A stretch of 64,000 nucleotides of DNA from an uncultured Rhabdochlamydiaceae bacterium (GCA_963712275.1 CAVQHD010000001.1:1376001-1440000); one strand, 5' to 3'; counted from the stretch's first letter, positions 8,458 through 18,181 are shown. Numbers and translations: made by a program. The notes: generated by a model not told the origin, from the sequence alone.

Positions 8458-11064
8458 TTATTGCGAACAGGAGCCTATTGTGCCGATGGTCTCGATTGCA
8501 CCTGTATTTGTGGTGTCGTCCGATCCGGCCGTTCGGTTGAATGTGCCTGGATTGTCCTGCTCGAATAGATAAGGAGATGGGCTTGAAATGGGTGTTGCTA
8601 TATTGTCAGTAAAATTTAGGCATAATGTCCCTAAGCTAGCAGTGATGCTGCTTGCAAAGCCATTTGCCAAACCGGTGGTACCGCTAAAGGTGTTTCCAGC
8701 TATATTCGCTGAAACATCGGCGGTATTATTGTTCAACGTATAGTTAATGCCGTAGCTATTATCAAGCTCGCTGAATGTGTTTCCAGAAGAGCTGAAGGTG
8801 CTGATTATGCCGCCGGTAGCAATGCCTGTGCCATCACTAATATTGCTAAAGGTATCGCCAGAAGAGCTGAAGGTGCTGATCATGCCGCCGGCAGCAATGC
8901 CTGCGCCATCACTAATATTGCTAAAGGTATCGCCAGAAGAGCTGAAGGTGCTGATTATGCCCAAGTTGAGAATGCCTGCGCCACCGCCACTAATATTGCT
9001 AAAGGTATCGCCAGAAGAGCTGAAGGTGCTGATTATGCCGCCGTTGACAATGCCTATGCCACTATCACTAATATCGCTAAAGGTATCGCCAGAAGAGCTG
9101 AAGGTGCTGATTATGCCCAAGTTGAAAATGCCGGCGGCGAAATTAACATCGCTAAAGATATTTCCAGAAGAGCTGAAGGTGTCGATCGTGCCTTCGTTGT
9201 ATATTCCAAAGCTATCCTCATTAAGATCGCTAAAGATATCTCCAGAAGAATTGAAGATGTCGATTATGCCGCCGCCGTTGTAAATGCCTGCGCTATTACT
9301 AGTACTACTAATATTGCTAAAGGTATTTCCAGAAGCATTGAAGGCAGTGATTATGCCTCCATTGTAAATGCCGTTACTACCAGTACTAATATTGCTAAAG
9401 ATGTTTCCAAAAGCATTGAAGACGGTGATTGTAGCGGAGTCGTTGTATATGCCATCACCACCACTTAGATCGCTGAAGGTGTTGCCAGAAGCGCTATAGG
9501 TGGCAATTAGGCCACTGTTATGGGTCAAAATCCCGTTTCCTCCAAGCCCTCCTCCGTTTCGGCTAAGGTTGCTGAAAGAGCTTCCTGAGACATTCAGGAG
9601 ATCCAGGGTATTGCCGTTATCGAGTTGGATGTAGATCCCATTGCCGTTATTACTACCGTCATTGCACGTAAATCCATTAAAGGTGCTGCTGTCGATGAGG
9701 ACTCGGCCAGAGGGGTTGATCAAAGAGATCCCATTTGTCGTAATGGTGGTAGATGAGACAAAGAGGTTGTGATCGGCAGTGAGATTGGAGATTCTGTTTC
9801 CATAGATGCCGTTTGCAGTCGTGTCTACAGTCGGCATCATAGAGAATCCTGAGACGGTGTTATTATTGCCCAAAGTGACGATATTTCCGGCACCTGTCGT
9901 GTTGGCAATATTCGGCAAGCTAGAGGCCATGGCCGGGATGATGATGGTGCCCCTTGTCGTTGGGATGGAATGCGCTATAGAGGCGCCAAGAAATAGCTGG
10001 CCGTCTTGTAGAAGAATGCCGCTGGACATGCCGTTTGTCGTTCCATCGCCTGGGTATACGTAGATGCCTTGGTTTGCCGATGAGGCATTTTGCGCATCTA
10101 GAAGCGTTGAGAAGGGGTTCTCATACGTACCGGCTGAATGGCTGGTGTTATCCACAAACCAGAAAATCCAAGGTTTACCTGTTTCTGGATTGATGGCAGG
10201 AGAGGTGGTGCTCTGCCTTCCCACGGGGATGATCTCATTGCGATCCACCCTCTGCACCGCGCGCCTTTGCAAGGTCATCGCGTATGGGCAAGATTTGCCT
10301 ACTTGATTCTTCCCTCCAAAGGAGATATTTAGGCTGATTTGCGCCTGGCCAGTCCACTTGAAGAAGTGATCGTAGGCGGTGATGCCTTCAATGCGCAAGT
10401 ACCGATTGAATAGTTCGATGTTAGCGCGAAGCTTTCCTCCCCACGTCGTCTTACCCACCCCCGTCAAATAATAGGGGCCTCCTGCAAAGTAAAGCGGTGT
10501 TTTGTCTTTTTTAAAATCCACATGAAGACCCACTTCTGCATTTGCGCCCTTCATGGCAAAATCCCGTTTGTTTTTGATAAGCATGGAATTGCCTTGAAAA
10601 GCGTAAAATGTGCTGCGGTGAAAATAAGGACTTTGTTTGCGTCCTATTGGAAAGTAGCCATTGATCCGGAAGTCCCAGACTCTGCCTAGAGATTCAAGTC
10701 CAGCGGAGACTTGGTTGTAGTGCTGATGGGACGTATTGCGATAGTCGTAATAGCCATTAACTCCCCACACACGCGAGGAGCCTAGGCGCCGCAGGCCAAT
10801 GCCTGCGTTGGCCGCGAGCTTGCCATTGTCAAACACATGTCCGCGCAGATCCAGGAAGGGAAGCCAACCGCCCTTAAGAATGTTCGGAGCGAGAAAAACC
10901 TCCTGCGTCGTGTAGCCGGTTTTATAGCCGATTCCTTTGGGGGTGGAGTAACGGATAGAAGCGCGCATGGGCTGCACACCGCAATTGGTATCTACTACAG
11001 CCCCCAATACAGGACCACAGCAGAGCATCCAAAGAAGAGAGCATTGAAAAGGACCTATGCGCAT
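8458..11064 (-). CDS. Inverse-autotransporter beta-domain protein with beta-helix repeat passenger (copy 1)
   Basis: Signal-like N-terminus; barrel motifs (ANAGIGLR, GVNGYYDYR, WDFRINGYFP, VDRNEIIP); GTYENPF; ~23-aa repeats FSSSGDTFSNIS. Confidence 0.8.
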   Translation of the reverse strand: MRIGPFQCSLLWMLCCGPVLGAVVDTNCGVQPMRASIRYSTPKGIGYKTGYTTQEVFLAPNILKGGWLPFLDLRGHVFDNGKLAANAGIGLRRLGSSRVWGVNGYYDYRNTSHQHYNQVSAGLESLGRVWDFRINGYFPIGRKQSPYFHRSTFYAFQGNSMLIKNKRDFAMKGANAEVGLHVDFKKDKTPLYFAGGPYYLTGVGKTTWGGKLRANIELFNRYLRIEGITAYDHFFKWTGQAQISLNISFGGKNQVGKSCPYAMTLQRRAVQRVDRNEIIPVGRQSTTSPAINPETGKPWIFWFVDNTSHSAGTYENPFSTLLDAQNASSANQGIYVYPGDGTTNGMSSGILLQDGQLFLGASIAHSIPTTRGTIIIPAMASSLPNIANTTGAGNIVTLGNNNTVSGFSMMPTVDTTANGIYGNRISNLTADHNLFVSSTTITTNGISLINPSGRVLIDSSTFNGFTCNDGSNNGNGIYIQLDNGNTLDLLNVSGSSFSNLSRNGGGLGGNGILTHNSGLIATYSASGNTFSDLSGGDGIYNDSATITVFNAFGNIFSNISTGSNGIYNGGIITAFNASGNTFSNISSTSNSAGIYNGGGIIDIFNSSGDIFSDLNEDSFGIYNEGTIDTFSSSGNIFSDVNFAAGIFNLGIISTFSSSGDTFSDISDSGIGIVNGGIISTFSSSGDTFSNISGGGAGILNLGIISTFSSSGDTFSNISDGAGIAAGGMISTFSSSGDTFSNISDGTGIATGGIISTFSSSGNTFSELDNSYGINYTLNNNTADVSANIAGNTFSGTTGLANGFASSITASLGTLCLNFTDNIATPISSPSPYLFEQDNPGTFNRTAGSDDTTNTGAIETIGTIGSCSQ

Positions 11065-11094
11065 AGAGGACCACCCTATAACCCATATGTAGTT

Positions 11095-12409
11095 CAGGGC
11101 CTTCTGATGAAAAAGTTTTGACAGATTACCTCACAAATATCTTGCCTAAAATTCCTCTGAGATATTTCGGCTCATAAGTGCAACATTTTCGAGCAGTAGA
11201 GAATCCTCGGTCGGGGTCTATTGCTTTGATTATATTCATAGAAAGACGCCTAAAAAAAGCCATGTTTTCAGCTATGAACCCAGCTTTTGCTTGAGCATCG
11301 TCTTCCTTGAAGATTACATCCAAGACCCAATGCAAAGGATTTTCAATTGACCAATGACCTCGGGTCCATCCTGCAAATTCCTTTGCGGTGCCTTTTCGGC
11401 TTGAGAAGTAATATCGGATTTCGGAAGTCTTTTTACTATTTATCTCCCTTTCAGAGACTACTTCAACGATGGCCTTTAAGGCAGGCCAGGTTGCCGTTTG
11501 CGGCAACCAGTCCAATACTGTACATACGCATATCGATCGTTGTTCGATTCTACCGTGACCTTTTTCTGGAGAAGGAAGATACCTTTCCACTTCGACTTCT
11601 TCATATTCGGCTTCTCGAGCCTGATCGAAAAAATTCTGTGCTTCAGCATGGAAATTCCCCTGGTTTCCCTTGAGTCCAATCAGATAATCAGCTCCATGAT
11701 TTAAAAACTTTTGTGCACTTGCAACATGAGCAAAAAGGGCATCTGTCGAGATCAGGGCGCCATTTACATCTACGTCTTTCAACAAAGCATCAATTACTCT
11801 TGGCTCTGACGACTTATCTGGCACTTTTTCCTGGGCCAGTACAAGCCTTTGTTCGGCTGCAAATAACTCGACAAGGTGAACGAGACTGTCTGTCGTAGAG
11901 ACCCCCTTCAGACGTTTGCCGTCGATGACAAGTAGTTGGTCTTGTAATTGCTGAGGAATGTTCGCAAACCACTTTTTTAGCAATTGCTTAAAAACCCCTG
12001 GGGATAACCTTGCAAGAAGCCACCAGAGTGTATCATAGGAGGGCGCTGGGAAAGTCCGATTGACTGACTTGTTGATCCATTCAATATTGAGCTCGGCATA
12101 GACGGCAAGATCGGCCACAGTATCAGCTCCACTGAGATATCCGCTAAGAATGACCAACATCAAAAACCAAAACGGGTATTGGATCTTGGAAAGCTGCCTT
12201 GGGTCATCCGTATCTGGGAAAGCTCCTTGGACGGAGCCTGCAAATTGTTCTATATCAATGTCTTGTTTTAGTTCAGAAAATCGTGGGTCTCTGGTTTTTC
12301 GACTGGGCATATTCACTCTCCTATATCGGAGAGATGAAAACAAAAGACTTTGATTTATAGCCAAGAAAATTTTACGCGACTGTCAAAACTTTTTCATCAG
12401 AAGGCCCTG
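11095..12409 (-). mobile_element. Complete ISAs1-family insertion sequence (1315 bp)
   Basis: Perfect 30-bp terminal inverted repeats cagggccttctgatgaaaaagttttgacag (11095-11124 and 12380-12409); 10-bp target duplication atatgtagtt (11085-11094 and 12410-12419). Confidence 0.97.
11126..12310 (-). CDS. ISAs1 family transposase
   Basis: DDPR, IDGKRL, LKGNQ, EKGHGRIEQR and RGHWSIENPLHWVLDV motifs; ATG at 12310 with AGGAG RBS. Confidence 0.95.
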   Translation of the reverse strand: MPSRKTRDPRFSELKQDIDIEQFAGSVQGAFPDTDDPRQLSKIQYPFWFLMLVILSGYLSGADTVADLAVYAELNIEWINKSVNRTFPAPSYDTLWWLLARLSPGVFKQLLKKWFANIPQQLQDQLLVIDGKRLKGVSTTDSLVHLVELFAAEQRLVLAQEKVPDKSSEPRVIDALLKDVDVNGALISTDALFAHVASAQKFLNHGADYLIGLKGNQGNFHAEAQNFFDQAREAEYEEVEVERYLPSPEKGHGRIEQRSICVCTVLDWLPQTATWPALKAIVEVVSEREINSKKTSEIRYYFSSRKGTAKEFAGWTRGHWSIENPLHWVLDVIFKEDDAQAKAGFIAENMAFFRRLSMNIIKAIDPDRGFSTARKCCTYEPKYLRGILGKIFVR

Positions 12410-12604
12410 ATATGTAGTTGCAATTATCTTTTTTAGCAATAAATCTCTGATGCTGTATAAATAAAGTTGAAAAAAGAATTTAAACCGGTAGAACAAGTGC
12501 TTCATCTGTAAATCCTTCGCTGTTGTAGCCAATGTAATTTTTAGATAGCTTTTCGTTTTCCTAGTGTATAAAATGCAATCATAGACAAGATGAAGTGTTG
12601 AGAT

Positions 12605-12931
12605 ATGTACCTGGGAAGACCAAGGATTGAAATCCCTAAAAAATGGATTGAGAAATTCTGCAAAACACATCACATCATTAAGCTGGCCCTTTTTGGGTCT
12701 GTGTTATCAGACCATTTTTCTGATACAAGCGATGTTGATATATTAGTAGAATTTGATTCAGAACATACTCCTGGATTGTTTAGTTTTGTTGAAATGAAAG
12801 AAGAGCTTTCGCAAAATCTTGGAAGAGAGGTCGACCTTCGAACTCCCGAAGATATTAGTAAGCTCTTTAGAAAAGAAGTTCTCCAACAATCATACCTACT
12901 ATATGGACAAGAAGGATTTAAACCGGCTTAG
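12605..12931 (+). CDS. Minimal nucleotidyltransferase (MNT) antitoxin
   Basis: LFGSVL...SDVDILVEF motif and GREVDL; overlaps the HEPN gene. Confidence 0.9.
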   Translation: MYLGRPRIEIPKKWIEKFCKTHHIIKLALFGSVLSDHFSDTSDVDILVEFDSEHTPGLFSFVEMKEELSQNLGREVDLRTPEDISKLFRKEVLQQSYLLYGQEGFKPA

Positions 12932-13247
12932 TCATATGCTGGATGCAGCGCAGGCTATTGGTCAACACGTAGCAAATAAAAGCATGGTTGATCTAGAGCA
13001 AGATAGACTGCTTTTAGGTGGCGTTATTCGAGAATTACTTTTGATAGGGGAAGCGGCCAATGCTGTAACCTCTCCATCAAAAGCAGCAATCTCTGATATT
13101 CCTTGGAAAAAAGTGATTGGTATGAGAAACCAACTAATACATGGATATTTTGACATCAGTTATCGTATTATCTGGAGTACTGTTATTGAAGATATCCCAA
13201 AATTGATTTCTGAGTTAGAGAAAGTTCTTCACTCAAAAAACCACTGA
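12903..13247 (+). CDS. HEPN/DUF86 RNase toxin
   Basis: IGEAA, IPWKKVIGMRNQLIHGYFD (RX4H motif); ATG at 12903 overlaps the end of the MNT gene. Confidence 0.9.
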   Translation: MDKKDLNRLSHMLDAAQAIGQHVANKSMVDLEQDRLLLGGVIRELLLIGEAANAVTSPSKAAISDIPWKKVIGMRNQLIHGYFDISYRIIWSTVIEDIPKLISELEKVLHSKNH

Positions 13248-13253
13248 GCACCA

Positions 13254-16154
13254 TCACTTTTTCTGCTCAAGTAATTGCGAACAGGAGCCTGTAGGGTTAA
13301 CTGTGCCGATGAACTCGATTTCACCTGTATTTGTGGTGTCGTCCGATCCGGCCGTTCGGTTGAATGTGCCTCCATTAGTTTGCTCGAATAGATAAGGAGA
13401 TGGGCTTGAAGTGGGTGTTGCTATATTGTCTGTAAAATTTAGGCATAACGTCCCTGAAGTAGCAGTGATGCTGCTTGCAAAGCCATTTGCCAAACCGGTG
13501 GTGCCGCTAAAGGTGTTTCCAACTATATTCACTGAAACATTGGCGGCATTATTGTTCAACGTGTAGGAAATACCGTAGCTACTATTAAGCCCGCTGAATG
13601 TATCTTCAGTAGAGCTGAAGGTGTTGATTGTGCCACCGTTATTAATGCCTACGCTACCATTACTAATATTGCTAAAACTGTTTCCAGAAGAATTAAAGAC
13701 GGTGATTATATTTCTATTGTAAATGCCGTTGCTGTTATTGCTAATATTGCTAAAGATATCTCCAGAAGAGCTAAAGGTGTTGATTATGTTGGCATTGAAA
13801 ATGCCAATGCTAACATCACTAATATCGCTAAAGGCGTTTCCAGAAGAATTGAAGGTGTCGATCGTGCCGCTGTTGATAATGCCAATGCTAACATCACTAA
13901 TATCGCTAAAGGCGTTTCCAGAAGAATTGAAGGTGTCGATCGTGCCGCTGTTGATAATGCCAATGCTACTACCACTAATGTCGCTAAAGGCGTTTCCAGA
14001 AGAGCTGAAAGTGCTGATCATGCCGCTACTAATGAAAATACCAACGCTAACATCACTAATATCGCTAAAGGTATTGCCAGAAGAGCTGAAGGTGTTGATC
14101 ATGCTATGGTTGACAATACCATTGCTAGCATGGCTAATATTGCTAAAGGTATCGCCAGAAGAATTGAAGGAGCTGATCGTTGCATTGTTGATAATACCAT
14201 TAGCATGATTAATATTGCTAAAGGTATTGCCAGAAGAATTGAAGAAGCTGATTGTACCAAAGTTGGTAATACCAGTGCCACCATGACTAATATTGCTAAA
14301 GGTATTGCCAGAAGAGCTGAAGGTGCCGATTGTGCCCGAGAAGATGTTAATGCCATTACCACCACCACCCCCTCCGGGCTGGCTAAGGTTGCTAAAAGAG
14401 CTTCCTGTGATGTTCAGGACATCAAGAGAATAACCGCTATCAAGTTTGATGTAGATCCCATTGCCGTTTCGACTAGCGTTATTGCACGTAAATCCATTAA
14501 AGGTGCTGCTGTCAATGAGGACTCGGCCAGAGGGGTTGATCAAAGAGATCCCATTTGTCGTAATGGTGGTAGATGAGACAAAGAGGTTGTGATCGGCAGT
14601 GAGATTGGAGATACCGTTTCCATAAATGCCGTTTGCAGTCGTGTCTACAGTCGGCATCATAGAGAATCCTGAGACGGTGTTATTATTGCCCAAAGTGACG
14701 ATATTTCCGGCACCTGTCGTGTTGGCAATATTCGGCAAGCTAGAGGCCATAGGCGGGATGATGATGGTGCCCCTTGTCGTTGGGATGGAATGCGCTATAG
14801 AGGCACCAAGAAATAGCTGGCCGTCTTGTAGAAGAATGCCGCTGGACATGCCGTTTGTCGTTCCATCGCCTGGGTATACGTAGATGCCTTGGTTTGCCGA
14901 TGAGGCATTTTGCGCGTCTAGAAGCGTTGAGAAGGGGTTCTCATACGTACCGGCTGAATGGCTGGTGTTATCCACAAACCAGAAAATCCAAGGTTTACCT
15001 GTTTCTGGATTGATGGCAGGAGAGGTGGTGCTCTGCCTTCCCACGGGGATGATCTCATTGCGATCCACCCTCTGCACCGCGCGCCTTTGCAAGGTCATCG
15101 CGTATGGGCAAGATTTGCCTACTTGATTCTTCCCTCCAAAGGAGATATTTAGGCTGATTTGCGCCTGGCCAGTCCACTTGAAGAAGTGATCGTAGGCGGT
15201 GATGCCTTCAATGCGCAAGTACCGATTGAATAGTTCGATGTTAGCGCGAAGCTTTCCTCCCCACGTCGTCTTACCCACCCCCGTCAAATAATAGGGGCCT
15301 CCTGCAAAGTAAAGCGGTGTTTTGTCTTTTTTAAAATCCACATGAAGACCCACTTCTGCATTTGCGCCCTTCATGGCAAAATCCCGTTTGTTTTTGATAA
15401 GCATGGAATTGCCTTGAAAAGCGTAAAATGTGCTGCGGTGAAAATAAGGACTTTGTTTGCGTCCTATTGGAAAGTAGCCATTGATCCGGAAGTCCCAGAC
15501 TCTGCCTAGAGATTCAAGTCCAGCGGAGACTTGGTTGTAGTGCTGATGGGACGTATTGCGATAGTCGTAATAGCCATTAACTCCCCACACACGCGAGGAG
15601 CCTAGGCGCCGCAGGCCAATGCCTGCGTTGGCCGCGAGCTTGCCATTGTCAAACACATGTCCGCGCAGATCCAGGAAGGGAAGCCAACCGCCCTTAAGAA
15701 TGTTCGGAGCGAGAAAAGCCTCTAATGTCGTATAGCCGGTTTTATAGCCGATTCCTTTGGGAGTGGAGTAACGGATAGAAGCGCGCATGGGCTGCACACC
15801 GCAATTGGTATCTACTGCAGCCTCCGATAGCGTGGGCTGCACGTCACGATTGCTATCTACCACATCCCCCAGTAGCATAGGCTGCATGTCGCAATTGGTA
15901 TCTACTGCAGCCTCCGATAGTGTGGGCTGCATATCACGATTGCTATCTACCACATCCCCCAGTGGCATAGGCTGCATGTCGCAATTGGTATCTACTGCAG
16001 CCTCCGATGGCGTGGGCTGCACGTCACGATTGCTATCTACCACATCCCCCAGTAGCATAGGCTGCATGTCGCAATTGCTATCTACTGCATCCCCCAATAC
16101 AGGACCGCAGCATAACATCCAAAGAAGGGAGCATTGAAAAGGATCTATACGCAT
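13254..16154 (-). CDS. Inverse-autotransporter beta-domain protein with beta-helix repeat passenger (copy 2)
   Basis: Near-identical to copy 1 over the barrel and linker. ATG at 16154 aligns with the copy 1 start. Has extra N-terminal repeats and a different passenger. Confidence 0.8.
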   Translation of the reverse strand: MRIDPFQCSLLWMLCCGPVLGDAVDSNCDMQPMLLGDVVDSNRDVQPTPSEAAVDTNCDMQPMPLGDVVDSNRDMQPTLSEAAVDTNCDMQPMLLGDVVDSNRDVQPTLSEAAVDTNCGVQPMRASIRYSTPKGIGYKTGYTTLEAFLAPNILKGGWLPFLDLRGHVFDNGKLAANAGIGLRRLGSSRVWGVNGYYDYRNTSHQHYNQVSAGLESLGRVWDFRINGYFPIGRKQSPYFHRSTFYAFQGNSMLIKNKRDFAMKGANAEVGLHVDFKKDKTPLYFAGGPYYLTGVGKTTWGGKLRANIELFNRYLRIEGITAYDHFFKWTGQAQISLNISFGGKNQVGKSCPYAMTLQRRAVQRVDRNEIIPVGRQSTTSPAINPETGKPWIFWFVDNTSHSAGTYENPFSTLLDAQNASSANQGIYVYPGDGTTNGMSSGILLQDGQLFLGASIAHSIPTTRGTIIIPPMASSLPNIANTTGAGNIVTLGNNNTVSGFSMMPTVDTTANGIYGNGISNLTADHNLFVSSTTITTNGISLINPSGRVLIDSSTFNGFTCNNASRNGNGIYIKLDSGYSLDVLNITGSSFSNLSQPGGGGGGNGINIFSGTIGTFSSSGNTFSNISHGGTGITNFGTISFFNSSGNTFSNINHANGIINNATISSFNSSGDTFSNISHASNGIVNHSMINTFSSSGNTFSDISDVSVGIFISSGMISTFSSSGNAFSDISGSSIGIINSGTIDTFNSSGNAFSDISDVSIGIINSGTIDTFNSSGNAFSDISDVSIGIFNANIINTFSSSGDIFSNISNNSNGIYNRNIITVFNSSGNSFSNISNGSVGINNGGTINTFSSTEDTFSGLNSSYGISYTLNNNAANVSVNIVGNTFSGTTGLANGFASSITATSGTLCLNFTDNIATPTSSPSPYLFEQTNGGTFNRTAGSDDTTNTGEIEFIGTVNPTGSCSQLLEQKK
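15801..16089. repeat. 90-bp tandem repeat (3 units plus a partial; 45-bp subunits)
   Basis: gcaattg(g/c)tatctactgca recurs at 15801, 15891, 15981 and 16071; encodes AVDTNCDMQPMLLGDVVDSNRDVQPTLSEA. Confidence 0.95.
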
Positions 16155-16233
16155 AGAGAGCCACCCATAACCCAAACGTAGTTGTAATTATCTTTTTTAG
16201 CAATAGCATCTCTGATGCTGTTTGCAAGACTAT

Positions 16234-16282
16234 AATTGATTTCTGGGTTAGAGAAGGAGCTCTTCACTCAAAAACCCACTGA
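16234..16282 (+). pseudogene. Remnant of the HEPN gene 3' end
   Basis: aattgatttctgggttagagaaggagctcttcactcaaaaacccactga matches 13201-13247. Confidence 0.8.
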
Positions 16283-16288
16283 GCTCCG

Positions 16289-18142
16289 TCACTCTTTTTG
16301 CTCAGACAGAAGCTTTTTGACAGTGTCTGCGGTCACTTTTTCGGGGATCGTTTCTTTATACTCTTTTAGAAAGACTTCGATTGTTTGATCAACGAGTTTT
16401 TTAAGGGTGGGAAGGATGATCCACTCAACCCAGGCAAGGCCCTTTATATCTTCCTCGTGTGGTGCTTTTGCAAGCTTGTGCACAAGGGTGTATTTCCGTT
16501 GCCGATAGGTGTTTTGCAGCTCTTTTAGGGTCACAAACTGTTGGTGAAGCGCTGATTGGGCTGCTATCGTTGTATTGAGTTGTTTCAAATTGTTTTGTTT
16601 TTCTTTTAATTTCGCAAGTTTTTGAGCGGTTTCAGGGGCTGTTTTCCATGAAGGATTGTCCCGGGCCAGTAAATTCAGTTCATGTTGAAGTTCGTTGATC
16701 TCCGATTGAAGCGTATTGCGTGAGATTTTTAACTGGCGGGGCGTCCAGCTGTAGACATGGTTGATGGCCTTTTGCATGAGAAGGATCGATTTGCGGGGAT
16801 TCGCTCGGTTCTTTGTTTCGGGATGGAAATTTGCCGTTTCCACAACAGCATCAATTGCTTTGGGATCAATATCGACTTCGCCATGGAGAAATTGGTTTCT
16901 TAGGATTTGTTTGGTTTTTTCTAAATTGGGCTCTTTTACGTGGATGAGGTCGAATCGATCGACAATGGCTTTATTAGGTTCAATATGGTTTTCGTATTCT
17001 TCCTGTGTTGTCGCAAAGAGGCACAGGATATGCCGCTCAAGGAGTTTGGTTTTAAGTGCCTCTAAAAGGAGCCCTTTTCCGCCGACAGCATACCCTTCTG
17101 CGCTTGCTAGGGTATGTGCTTCATCTATAAATAAGATAGCCTTGCCATCTTTAATTTCCTCGAGCAGACCATCCAGGCGGGACCGATATTGCCCTTCAGC
17201 CCAATCTCCAATTTGAGAAAGCTCGGGTGCGTTCACGAGAAAGACTTGTTTGCCTCGCAGCCGGGGAATTTCTCCAGAGCTAATCATTTGAGCAAAAATT
17301 TTAACAAGCTGAGTTTTTCCTACTCCCGGAGGGCCTATAAGAATGGGGATATTGGGCTGCTGTTCTGAAGGTGTACAAAGACAGGTGATAAGTCTGTTCA
17401 TCTCATCTTCGGAAACTGAAAACGTATTTTCGGTGGAAGTGAGCTCTTGGATATACGTTTTATTGATTTGCAAGTGCTGATCGAATCCCAACCAATGATA
17501 GAGGACTTTCATACAGGCCAAAACGGTAAAAATAGCCAAGCTTGCTACCACTGTTTTTCGCACGGTGACAAAGTAGGTTAAGAGTGCAACTCCAGCCCAC
17601 TGAAGATCGCCTATCAAGCTCCGAAAAAACATCCATTCTGCTCGAGCAGCTCCATAACTTTTAGGAGGATTTTTTAGGTTAATGTGATACGACCATGCAA
17701 CGATAGAAACCACATAGTTCACAACCTGGGCGATAACCCCTGGCTTTAAGGCGAGATGGGAAGTGAATTTGGATGCAAATGAGGTCTCTGTTGGATGAGG
17801 CATAAAGCAGGCCTCATCTTGTGCATGCTGGACGATGTCGATGTCCTTTGGTTTGAAGGCGTCAAAAGGGGTAACTTTGTAATAGATTTCAAGGAGGTGT
17901 GGAACTTCTAGGAGAAGATAGGATGCAAGGGGTTGCACGTTGGAGGGGGTGATTTTTGTCCTTAAAGCTGTTTCGAGTTTGGGGTGCGAGGTGGTAGCAA
18001 GGTAGGAGAGGGCATTTTTAATGGGTTCAAAAGAGGATGAATTTTGGAGAGCCTCTAAAAGCTTTTGAGATTGAGGTGTCTCATAGCCGTATCTGTGGAT
18101 GCAGGAAACCAAGGGACTTGAAAATCGAGAGATAAATATCAT
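16289..18142 (-). CDS. Clp-like single-module AAA+ ATPase with N-terminal hydrophobic region and C-terminal coiled coil
   Basis: PILIGPPGVGKT, LFIDEAH, ATTQEEY, DRF and RANPRKSI correspond to ClpA/B NBD1; no second NBD. ATG at 18142 with GGAGG RBS. Confidence 0.8.
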   Translation of the reverse strand: MIFISRFSSPLVSCIHRYGYETPQSQKLLEALQNSSSFEPIKNALSYLATTSHPKLETALRTKITPSNVQPLASYLLLEVPHLLEIYYKVTPFDAFKPKDIDIVQHAQDEACFMPHPTETSFASKFTSHLALKPGVIAQVVNYVVSIVAWSYHINLKNPPKSYGAARAEWMFFRSLIGDLQWAGVALLTYFVTVRKTVVASLAIFTVLACMKVLYHWLGFDQHLQINKTYIQELTSTENTFSVSEDEMNRLITCLCTPSEQQPNIPILIGPPGVGKTQLVKIFAQMISSGEIPRLRGKQVFLVNAPELSQIGDWAEGQYRSRLDGLLEEIKDGKAILFIDEAHTLASAEGYAVGGKGLLLEALKTKLLERHILCLFATTQEEYENHIEPNKAIVDRFDLIHVKEPNLEKTKQILRNQFLHGEVDIDPKAIDAVVETANFHPETKNRANPRKSILLMQKAINHVYSWTPRQLKISRNTLQSEINELQHELNLLARDNPSWKTAPETAQKLAKLKEKQNNLKQLNTTIAAQSALHQQFVTLKELQNTYRQRKYTLVHKLAKAPHEEDIKGLAWVEWIILPTLKKLVDQTIEVFLKEYKETIPEKVTADTVKKLLSEQKE

Positions 18143-18181
18143 AAAAACCTCCAACGCATTGTACTGCATCGGAGGTTTTTA
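18142..18181 (-). terminator. Terminator-like hairpin overlapping the RBS of the AAA+ gene
   Basis: Minus strand reads aaaaacctccgatgca-gtacaa-tgcgttggaggttttt followed directly by ATG. Confidence 0.55.

Noticed and set aside
8777..9283. Repetitive plus-strand ORFs (also 13723-14208 and 14106-14576)
   Set aside because: Antisense shadows of the beta-helix repeats.
12383..12673. 96-aa ORF ending QGLLMKKF (the same ending as ORF 10837-11121)
   Set aside because: The shared ending is simply the IS terminal repeat; these are not genes.
15801..16089. Possible CRISPR array (also considered for the 126-bp array)
   Set aside because: Units are contiguous coding repeats with no unique spacers, and there are no cas genes.
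8458..16154. Diversity-generating retroelement or invertase shufflon behind the variable passengers
   Set aside because: No reverse transcriptase or recombinase in the window, no adenine-specific pattern noticed, and the copies are direct repeats.
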